Positions 56,613 to 64,000 of a stretch of 64,000 nt of DNA are shown piece by piece; the stretch's first letter is position 1; each line of letters begins with the position of its first letter. A program made the position numbers and the translations under genes. The stretch covers positions 159,349 through 223,348 of the forward strand of contig CAZOVA010000001.1 of assembly GCA_964583625.1 (NCBI GenBank). The letters run 5' to 3'. Source of the DNA: an uncultured Pseudomonadales bacterium (GTDB lineage Bacteria > Patescibacteriota > Microgenomatia > UBA1400 > PJMF01). The notes beneath the pieces were generated by a model, which made no database searches, was not told where the DNA came from, and was given only the letters and a program-made list of their open reading frames with translations.

Positions 56613-56921
56613 ATGCAATATGCTATCATCGCTTTACAAGGCAAACAATACAAAGTTTCTCCTGGTGACAAACTCACGGTAGATTTATTATCGTCCGCTG
56701 TCGGAGATAAAATCGAAGTAACTGATGTTTTATTAGTTAATAAAGACGGTAAAATAGAAGTAGGAACTCCCTTGGTCAAAGCCAAAGTAATTTTGAAAGT
56801 TTTGGAAAAGGGCAAAGATAAAAAAATTAGAGTGGCTCAATACAAAGCTAAGTCGAAGTATCGCAAAGTTTACGGTCATCGCCAAAATATTACCAATGTG
56901 GAAGTGATGAGTATTGATTAA
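56613..56921 (+). CDS. rplU: 50S ribosomal protein L21 (start at ATG 56613; ORF-track 56553)
   Basis: MQYAIIALQGKQYKVSPGDKL...KIRVAQYKAKSKYRK. Extended -10 TGGTATAAT at 56595-56603. Confidence 0.9.
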   Translation: MQYAIIALQGKQYKVSPGDKLTVDLLSSAVGDKIEVTDVLLVNKDGKIEVGTPLVKAKVILKVLEKGKDKKIRVAQYKAKSKYRKVYGHRQNITNVEVMSID

Positions 56922-56967
56922 AATTTAAACCAGTAAAGACGGTTGCGCCAGAAAGGGCGCGGTAAAA

Positions 56968-58143
56968 ATGCAAGAATATCTTTTTCTTTTAGGGAGTACT
57001 CCAGAACTATCTTTTGCCGAGCTACAGGCTATTTTTGGCCAAAAAGTAAGGCGTTTTCATAGTCACATTGCTATTGTCAGTCTAGATCAGAAACTAGATG
57101 CAGTTTTCACTCTCAAACAATTGGGTGGAACGATTAAAATAGCGCAAATTTTTAAAGAATTGTCCACAGATATTAGTGAAAATGATTTGCAAGCAGAATT
57201 AGTAGCTTACTTTTTAAATCTCAAGCAAAATAGAATTCATTTTTCTTTAGGAGAAATTGGTCGTGATCACTTAGAAAAATTTGATTTAGTTTCCCTCAAA
57301 GACGCCTTGCAAGAACAAGGTCTAAAAGTGAGATTTAGTGATCGTGCTCGGTCTGGTGCCAGTGCGGCCCTTCTTTTACATCGCCGAGAGCTAATTGACA
57401 TTCTTTTGGCCCAAGGGGAAAGTCTTTTATTGGCAAGAACTCTAGCCGTTCAAGACATTGATGATTGGACCTTGCGCGATCGGGAAAAACCTTATGCTGA
57501 TCGGCAAAAAGGGATGCTTCCTCCCAAACTAGCTAGAATAATGGTGAATTTGGCTGTCGGACCATTAGCTTTAGAAGAAAATAAGGTTCAAACGACCACT
57601 CTATATGACCCTTTTTGCGGCACAGGGACAATTTTATTAGAGGCAGCCTTTTATCCTTTGGCAGTTTTTGGCAGTGATTTAGATATTCGCGCGGTTTTAG
57701 GGGCGCGGGAAAATTTAGACTGGTGGAGCGAAACTTATCAACGGTCATTAAAGGCCGAAACTTTTGCTACTGAGGTAACAAAAACTACCCCCTCTCAGTT
57801 AAAAAATAAAAAAATTAATTTTCTAGTAACAGAGCCGTTTTTAGGAAAACAAACACCAAAAAGTAGTGAGTTACCAGGAATCTTCAGAGGCTTGGGAAAA
57901 CTTTATTTAGGAGCTTTTCGCCACTGGAGTAAAATTTTGGCTTCTCAGGCCCAATTAGTGGTAATTTTCCCGCGGGTCAAAGCTGATAATGGTCAACTTT
58001 TTTCTCTCGACTTTTTGTTTGACAAATTAGCCCCTCTTGGCTATAATAAGCGCTCTTCTGGTCTGTTTTATGCCCGACCGCAAGCGATTATTGAAAGAGA
58101 AATTGTCATTTTTCAGTATCAACAACCAGAAATTGAAAGGTAA
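56968..58143 (+). CDS. Two-domain protein: N-terminal THUMP-like/unknown domain + C-terminal class I SAM-dependent methyltransferase (UPF0020/Trm11/RlmL-like)
   Basis: Motif [17 protein letters not shown], motif II-like GSDLD. Located between rplU and rpmA. Confidence 0.6.
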   Translation: MQEYLFLLGSTPELSFAELQAIFGQKVRRFHSHIAIVSLDQKLDAVFTLKQLGGTIKIAQIFKELSTDISENDLQAELVAYFLNLKQNRIHFSLGEIGRDHLEKFDLVSLKDALQEQGLKVRFSDRARSGASAALLLHRRELIDILLAQGESLLLARTLAVQDIDDWTLRDREKPYADRQKGMLPPKLARIMVNLAVGPLALEENKVQTTTLYDPFCGTGTILLEAAFYPLAVFGSDLDIRAVLGARENLDWWSETYQRSLKAETFATEVTKTTPSQLKNKKINFLVTEPFLGKQTPKSSELPGIFRGLGKLYLGAFRHWSKILASQAQLVVIFPRVKADNGQLFSLDFLFDKLAPLGYNKRSSGLFYARPQAIIEREIVIFQYQQPEIER

Positions 58144-58151
58144 AAAATAAT

Positions 58152-58403
58152 ATGTCAAAAGTAAAAGCTGGTGGTAGTGTCCGTCAACACTCACAAGGAG
58201 CACGCAAAAGTAAAGTCTTAGGTCTGAAAAAAAGTGGTGGCCAAGAAGTGAAAACGGGGCAAATTATTGTTCGCCAAAGAGGAGCGAAATATAAACCTGG
58301 AAAAAATGTTGGTTTGGGAAGTGATCACACTATTTTTGCCATGAAAGATGGCATTGTTGCCTTCTCCAAACGTTTTGGTCGGACTATCATTAATGTTCAA
58401 TAA
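58152..58403 (+). CDS. rpmA: 50S ribosomal protein L27 (no N-terminal propeptide)
   Basis: MSKVKAGGS...[26 protein letters not shown]. 83 aa. Confidence 0.9.
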   Translation: MSKVKAGGSVRQHSQGARKSKVLGLKKSGGQEVKTGQIIVRQRGAKYKPGKNVGLGSDHTIFAMKDGIVAFSKRFGRTIINVQ

Positions 58404-58487
58404 ATTTTTACTAAAATTAGTAAAAATTTTTCCTTTTCAGCAACTCCAAAAGAAGATTGATTTTCTTAGTTTATAATAGGCCTTATC

Positions 58488-60137
58488 ATGGTGATTAGCC
58501 AGTATTTACTTGATTATTTAAAAGCTTATCAAGAAGCTTATGATTATCAACATCAACCATTAATTAATAGTTTTGAAATTGATGATCTAGCTTTAAGTGT
58601 CGGTAAATTTTACGAAAAAATTCGAAAAGTGATTGACTGGAAAGATGAAAATGCTTTGCGACGAGGAGCGATCACTAGAGCTTTCAAACGTAAATTAATT
58701 GGCCAATTTTATGGTCTCAATCAAAAGTATACGCGCGAGACCAATCGCCAGTTAGCCTCAGAATTTGTTTTTGAATTAATGCGCAGTGGCTATTTTGACA
58801 ATAAACTGATTAATACTTTCAAAGTCCAACAAGTGGAAGAAATACTCTTCAAATATGCCCAAATTTTAATCGCTCTCAATTTACAAAAGCAAACAGTTAC
58901 CAAGCGAAAAGACTTAAAGCAAAAAATTAAATTTCAAACTTGGATCTTGCAAATCGCTTCCTGCGAAATTGAAGATTGTTTAGCTCCAGCTTTCAAAGAA
59001 GAAGCTTTGGCTAAAATGATGATTGATGTTTTGCAAAAAAGGATCAAGGTCCTACCCAGAGAAAAGCTTTCGGCTCTGGAAGAGAAAAAGATTATTCTTA
59101 TGTCTGTTTGGCGAGCTCTTTTTGGAGCTGATGACTACTTGGTTGCTTATAAATTGATTGTTTTTGAACACCAAAATCTTTTACGGGCGGAAAATTTTAT
59201 TCCTGATAAGCTTTTGGAGGAGTTTTTTCAAGCTCAAAATAAAATTAATCAGGATTTGAATTCTAAAACCAATCGTAATTTTTTACGTTTGGCAAATAAA
59301 TATGATGCTGCCTTTCGTTTAATTGGTGATATTACTGACAAAATCGCTCCCACCAAGTTAGAAGAAGCCAAATCAGTTTGGCAAGATGAAGAAAAAATAG
59401 AGAAGCTTTACAACCAGATTTATCAAGATCGTTACAAAAGTCTCAAGCGGCGTTTGTTGAGAACCTCTTTTTGGACCACCTTGTCGATTTTAGTTGGCAA
59501 TGCTTTTAGTGTGGTGGCTATTGAAGGGCCAGTAGCTTATCTTTTAGGTTTAGATTTTGGTTGGTTTTCTATCATCATGGATATTTTGATTCCTACTTTT
59601 GCGATGTTTTTATTAGTGATGATGATTAGACCACCTGACAAAAAGAATCAGCCTATAGTTTGGCAGGAAATTTTAAAAATTGGTCAAAAAAGCGAGAAAG
59701 AAGATGTCTATGAGATAAGAATCCGTTCTCGTGGAGACAAAAAACTCGTTCATGGCATTTTTTATTTTTTTGTTTTTGTAGCTGGCGCCTTTGGTTTATG
59801 GTTTTTTTATTTTATTTTTGATTTAGTCGGTATGCCTTGGACTTCCATTTATCTCAATATTGTCTACATTACTATGGTAGTTTCGGCTTCTTTAGGCATT
59901 CGTCATCAAGCGAGTGAGATTACTATTTATGAAAAAAGTAGTTTGTTTGACTTCATTTTGGACATTTTTTCTATTCCTTTAGCAAGAATCGGTCGTTGGT
60001 TTTCTCGCAAATGGAAAGAATATAATATTTTCTCTATTTTTTTCAGTGTTTTGATTGATACTCCTCTATCATTTTTTATCAGTTTTATTGAAGACTGGCG
60101 AGAATTTTTGAGAGAAAAAAAAGCCGAGTTTAACTAA
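58488..60137 (+). CDS. Hypothetical protein with ~330-aa soluble N-terminal domain and C-terminal 5-6 TM domain
   Basis: ORF, hydropathy pattern only. Confidence 0.5.
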   Translation: MVISQYLLDYLKAYQEAYDYQHQPLINSFEIDDLALSVGKFYEKIRKVIDWKDENALRRGAITRAFKRKLIGQFYGLNQKYTRETNRQLASEFVFELMRSGYFDNKLINTFKVQQVEEILFKYAQILIALNLQKQTVTKRKDLKQKIKFQTWILQIASCEIEDCLAPAFKEEALAKMMIDVLQKRIKVLPREKLSALEEKKIILMSVWRALFGADDYLVAYKLIVFEHQNLLRAENFIPDKLLEEFFQAQNKINQDLNSKTNRNFLRLANKYDAAFRLIGDITDKIAPTKLEEAKSVWQDEEKIEKLYNQIYQDRYKSLKRRLLRTSFWTTLSILVGNAFSVVAIEGPVAYLLGLDFGWFSIIMDILIPTFAMFLLVMMIRPPDKKNQPIVWQEILKIGQKSEKEDVYEIRIRSRGDKKLVHGIFYFFVFVAGAFGLWFFYFIFDLVGMPWTSIYLNIVYITMVVSASLGIRHQASEITIYEKSSLFDFILDIFSIPLARIGRWFSRKWKEYNIFSIFFSVLIDTPLSFFISFIEDWREFLREKKAEFN

Positions 60138-60174
60138 AAACTTTAGTAAATTTTTACTGACTCTTTCAAAAAAG

Positions 60175-60357
60175 TTATGGCAAAATTAATTCGACCTCTC
60201 CACTAGCTTCCGAACCAGATTCTGGCAATAGAAATTCTTGCCCCGAATCACTTCTCGCAAGGGGAGAAAAATCAGAAACCAAATAGAGAAAAAATAAAAA
60301 AATTATTATTGCGCCTGCTAATGAGCCATAAATCCATTGAACTTCTTGTTTGGTCAT
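60175..60357 (-). CDS. Small single-TM protein downstream of secF (4-nt overlap)
   Basis: 60 aa. TM GSLAGAIIIFLFFLYLV. Overlap with the secF stop suggests translational coupling. Confidence 0.35.
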   Translation of the reverse strand: MTKQEVQWIYGSLAGAIIIFLFFLYLVSDFSPLARSDSGQEFLLPESGSEASGEVELILP

Positions 60358-61277
60358 AATTTTTTTCCCTTATTTAGTTTGAATTTTTTTCTATCAGCAA
60401 AAAATAAGAGCAGAGGAACGCTGACAAAAGGAGAGGAATAAGTGCCAAAGATAACGCCCAAAACCAAAGCCAAAGAAAAGTCGCGCAGGGTTTCTCCTCC
60501 CAAAAGTAAAAGAGCCAACAGCATAAAAACCACCGTTAGGGAATTATTGAGAGAGCGAGAAAGAGTAGCTGAGACAGCGGCATTACTCACTTCGCTTAGA
60601 GATTGATTGAGGAATTTATTTTTCAACTCTTTAATTCGATCATAAATAACCACCGTGTCGTGAACAGAAAAAGAAATAGTGGTTAATAGGGCAGTGACGA
60701 AAAGAATATCTACTTCTGTCTGAAAATAGGCTCCCAAAAGACTAAAAATACCACTTAAAATGAGAGTGTCATGGATGACCGCTAAGAAAGCAGCCAGGCC
60801 ATAATCAAGCTCATCAAAACGAAACTGTAGATAAATCACCAAAATAACACAAGCGATGATAACAGCAATTAGAGTTTTTTTAATTAGCTCAGAACCCAAA
60901 GTAGCGCCAATGGTTTCAAAACTCACTTGTTCAACATTAGCAACTTTGGAATTAAGTTCTGCCAATAATTGCTCCTTTTCTTCATTTTCTAAGGGAGACA
61001 AACGTAAAATAATTTGCTGATCTTCAGTTTTTTTAATACTAGATATTTTGTAGTTTGGGGAAATTTTTTCTCGAATAGCGTCTTCAGTTAAAAGGCCACT
61101 CTCGCTCGCTTCGCTGGTGCGAAGGGTTAATAAACTGCCTCCAGTAAAATCAATCCCAGGTCTTAAACCAAACATTAACAAACTGACCACTGCTGGCACT
61201 AAAAATAAAGCAGAAAGAAAAAAATAAAGCCAATAATTTTTATAAAGTTTCATTTTAATTGTTTTTCCCTTACCCAA
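60354..61277 (-). CDS. secF: Protein translocase subunit SecF
   Basis: 6 TM with periplasmic loop. Follows secD with a 28-nt overlap. Confidence 0.85.
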   Translation of the reverse strand: MGKGKTIKMKLYKNYWLYFFLSALFLVPAVVSLLMFGLRPGIDFTGGSLLTLRTSEASESGLLTEDAIREKISPNYKISSIKKTEDQQIILRLSPLENEEKEQLLAELNSKVANVEQVSFETIGATLGSELIKKTLIAVIIACVILVIYLQFRFDELDYGLAAFLAVIHDTLILSGIFSLLGAYFQTEVDILFVTALLTTISFSVHDTVVIYDRIKELKNKFLNQSLSEVSNAAVSATLSRSLNNSLTVVFMLLALLLLGGETLRDFSLALVLGVIFGTYSSPFVSVPLLLFFADRKKFKLNKGKKL

Positions 61278-62647
61278 ATTCTCATCAAAACTCGACTAAC
61301 AAATATACCCGTAAAAAGTCCCACTAAAACTCCTAGTAATAAGGTAATTCCAAAACCGCGAATAACGCCGCTACTATTTAAAAAACCAAAGTTAAAGGGA
61401 TTAATGAGAATAATGGCAATCATGATGGTAATAATATTAGCATCACGGATACTGTCCCAAGCTCGGCCGAAACTTATTTCTCTAGCTTGATTGAGCTTTT
61501 TTCCACTATGTAGTTCTTCTTGCAAACGAGAAAAAATGAGAATATTGGAATCTACAGCCATGCCAATAGAAAGCAAAAGAGCAGCAATCCCAGGAAGGGT
61601 AAGAGTGATGGCAAAAATTTTATAAATCGCCAAAATAATAATGGCATAGATTATTAAACCAATATTGGCTAATAAGCCTTTTTTTCCATAATTTAAAATC
61701 ATAAAAAGAGAAACTAAAACAATGCCAACCAGCCCAGCAAAAATACTTTTATTGATGCTATCTGTTCCCAAGCTTGCCTCCACTTGTCTTTGTTGTAAGA
61801 TAGATAAGGGAACTGGTAAAGCCCCAGAGTTGAGTTGAACTGCCAACTCTCGACTGCTATCGGCCGTGAACTGACCAGAAATAATGGCTTGCCCATCAAC
61901 AATAGCATTTTTGATTTGTGGGACAGTCACTGGCCAGTCATCAATAAAAATTCCCAAGATTCCGCCGATATTATCTTTGGTAATTTGGGCAAAAATATCT
62001 CTACCCTCTGGAGTAAATTCTAAAACAATAATTGGTTGGCCCGTTTGCTGATCAAAACTAGCGCTAGCTTTTTTCAACATTGCTCCTGTTAAATCAGTCT
62101 TTTTGAAAGATTCTAGATAGTAATAGTACTGATTTAGAAGTTCTGCCTGATCTTCTTTTGGAGTAAGATCTAGATTGGCCGCTTGACTGGCATCTTGTAA
62201 GCGAAAATCCATCAGTGCCGTTGTGCCAATTAAAGAAAGAGCTTGATTGACATTTTCCAAACCAGCCAGTTCAACAATAATGCGATAATCTTGACCATTG
62301 ATGGCTGTTTGGATAGTAGGTTCACTTACACCATAAGCGTCCACCCTTTGGCGCACCACTTCTACCGCGCTAGTTAAGGCATCAAGCCTATCAGCTGGCT
62401 CGATCTCCTTCATATCTGCTTGGAGAATAATTTCTACTCCCCCAGCAATATCCAAACCTTTTTTTAGAGGCCAAGTTAATTGATAAGTTTTACCAAAAAA
62501 AGTGGGTTGTAATAAATTTTTATCAAAACTTATTTGTTGTTTACCGATCTGCCACTGCCAACTATTGGGTAAAGCGATGAAAGCGCAAATGAGAGTAATG
62601 CCCAAAATCCACACAAATTCTCGCACCACTTTACTCTTTTTGAGCAT
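61250..62647 (-). CDS. secD: Protein translocase subunit SecD
   Basis: N-terminal TM, large periplasmic P1 domain, C-terminal 5-TM SSD-like bundle. 465 aa. Confidence 0.85.
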   Translation of the reverse strand: MLKKSKVVREFVWILGITLICAFIALPNSWQWQIGKQQISFDKNLLQPTFFGKTYQLTWPLKKGLDIAGGVEIILQADMKEIEPADRLDALTSAVEVVRQRVDAYGVSEPTIQTAINGQDYRIIVELAGLENVNQALSLIGTTALMDFRLQDASQAANLDLTPKEDQAELLNQYYYYLESFKKTDLTGAMLKKASASFDQQTGQPIIVLEFTPEGRDIFAQITKDNIGGILGIFIDDWPVTVPQIKNAIVDGQAIISGQFTADSSRELAVQLNSGALPVPLSILQQRQVEASLGTDSINKSIFAGLVGIVLVSLFMILNYGKKGLLANIGLIIYAIIILAIYKIFAITLTLPGIAALLLSIGMAVDSNILIFSRLQEELHSGKKLNQAREISFGRAWDSIRDANIITIMIAIILINPFNFGFLNSSGVIRGFGITLLLGVLVGLFTGIFVSRVLMRIWVREKQLK

Positions 62648-62700
62648 AAATTATTTAATAATTTTCCTTTTGCTGTAATAAACAAGAGAGATTATAACAT

Positions 62701-62735
62701 ATAAAAAATCCCCTCTTTTATTTCTAAAAGAGGGG
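62701..62735 (-). terminator. Rho-independent terminator (CCCCTCTTTT/AAAAGAGGGG) for the YtxH-like gene
   Basis: 10-bp stem, 6-nt loop, U-run on the minus strand (A-run at 62702-62709 on +). Confidence 0.55.
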
Positions 62736-62752
62736 AACTCAGTTTTTATTTA

Positions 62753-63190
62753 TTAATCCAACATTTGACTAAATTTTCGCCACTCGCTAGTTAGATAGCG
62801 TTTCATTTTTGCTAAATGACCCTGATCGTATTTTTTACTACTTTGCAATTTTTCTATGACATTGTCAACCATTTCTTGATAGCGATTTTTGTCAATTTTA
62901 TCCAAACTTTTTTCAAAAGTTTTTACTTGAGTATTCCATAGACGTCTAGCATCATTAAAAAGAGAAGTGGTTAAAGCATTAACTTCACCAAAAATATCTT
63001 TCACTTTTTGTTCCATTAATTCTTTTTCTTCCTCAATATAATCGCTTAATTCGCCAATTTTATCTTTGACCATTTTTCGATTTTCTTTACCTGAACGGGG
63101 AGCGAGGAAAAACATCGCTGCTGCGCCAGCTGCTGCTCCAAATAACATCCCACTCAAAGTAGACCAAAATTTTTCTCCAGAATTGCTCAT
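62753..63190 (-). CDS. YtxH-like (DUF948) stress/coiled-coil protein with N-terminal Gly/Ala-zipper TM
   Basis: LFGAAAGAAAMFFLAPRSGKENR matches the YtxH N-terminal signature. Coiled-coil remainder. Confidence 0.6.
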   Translation of the reverse strand: MSNSGEKFWSTLSGMLFGAAAGAAAMFFLAPRSGKENRKMVKDKIGELSDYIEEEKELMEQKVKDIFGEVNALTTSLFNDARRLWNTQVKTFEKSLDKIDKNRYQEMVDNVIEKLQSSKKYDQGHLAKMKRYLTSEWRKFSQMLD

Positions 63191-63268
63191 ATTGCTTGTC
63201 TTTCTACTACTTTTATGCTAATATATTATGACATCTTTTAGAGATAAAGTCAAATATAAAACTGATAT

Positions 63269-64000
63269 TATGTTCAATTTTTTTCAAGGAAAAAAACCCC
63301 CCGTTGAGCAAGAGGTTTCGTCTTCTAGACGTTTTTTTAGTTTGGAAGTCTCGGAAAAAATAGTTCAAGCTGCCCTGTGGGAGGTGGAGCAAAATGTTAA
63401 AGTTTTAGCTAAAAGCGAAACCAAACCTTATTTTAATGAAACAGATCTTTTAGTGAAACTTGATCAGTGTCTACAGGAATTAGGTCCAGAAGGGCAAAGT
63501 GTTCAGCAAACTTTTTTTCATCTCGACTCTTCTTTTTTTGACCAAAACGGTCTTTTAAAAGAGAAAAAACCTCTTTTTGAAAATATCACTGAGTCTTTGC
63601 AGTTGACCTCTTTAGGGTTTATCACCAATACTGAGGCGGTAATTAATGCCAAAATTGAACAAAACCCACAACTAGACAAACAACTAGTGGTAGAGTTTAT
63701 CAATAATAAAACTATTTTTAGTCTTTATCAGAAAAAAAATTTACTTGATCAATATATAGCTGAAGCTGAAACAGACTTTGTCACCCAATTCAAAACTGCT
63801 TTGGTCCAAATGGCTGGTCAAATTGGAATTGATTATAGTGGGTTTTTTATCGACAATAATGATGAACTTGCTCCTAGTCCTGAGGAAAAAGCTCCTATTT
63901 TCGTCAACTTCATTTCCTCTTTGCTTCCCACTTTGGAATTACAAGAAAAAGTAGAACTATTACCCACAACTCTTCCGATGAGGGCAGAAATTTTGGGTAG
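63269..64000 (+). CDS. Hypothetical protein, 3'-truncated by window end (not in ORF track)
   Basis: ATG at 63269. Open reading frame (MFNFFQGKKPPVEQEVSSS...) continues uninterrupted to the window edge. Confidence 0.5.

Overview
This is a low-GC, gene-dense bacterial chromosomal window. The gene content suggests a reduced-genome Patescibacteria/CPR-like organism, though this is inferred, not proven. Supporting signs include a eukaryote-like type-2 IleRS, many small secreted or membrane hypotheticals, AT-rich promoters and a tRNA-Ile with anticodon UAU.

I can support about 60 protein genes, three tRNAs (Tyr-GTA at 359-444, Ile-TAT at 22366-22442, Thr-GGT on the minus strand at 41201-41273) and one tmRNA at about 53692-54107 that is absent from the ORF track. 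The tmRNA has a tRNA-like acceptor with the G3:U70 pair and a tag reading frame encoding ADAFAPTKAAYLVA*.

The housekeeping backbone comprises EpmA-like, trxA-trxB, recA, pgk, uppS-nadD, xth, secA, galU, gltX, a D,D-carboxypeptidase, ileS, glgP-like, pnp, a PRTase, a 1-Cys peroxiredoxin, rplU/rpmA and secDF. There is also a two-component system and a MacAB-like efflux operon.

The most unusual content:
- Six paralogous genes in tandem on the minus strand at 23961-27022. Each encodes a C-terminal two-helix pilin-like hairpin (TrbC/VirB2-type topology) carrying a variable N-terminal ectodomain, two of which are Cys-rich behind signal peptides. The array contains a perfect 365-bp tandem duplication and sits divergent from an ECF sigma factor with possible anti-sigma partners.
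- A 1676-aa cytoplasmic giant protein (44654-49684) that fuses an N-terminal M48-type Zn-metalloprotease domain to a C-terminal ABC1/UbiB-type atypical kinase domain.
- An accessory block at 7051-13601: a Fic toxin-like gene with a C-terminal wHTH, a single-chain UvrD-helicase/PD-(D/E)xK nuclease, and an adjacent 624-aa protein with a PARP/Tpt1-like H-Y-E ADP-ribosyltransferase motif.
- A thiol-redox theme: a secreted 14-Cys peptide upstream of trxA-trxB and a membrane-tethered CGHC DsbA-like oxidoreductase.
- A THUMP-like/SAM-methyltransferase gene inserted between rplU and rpmA, where Prp usually sits.
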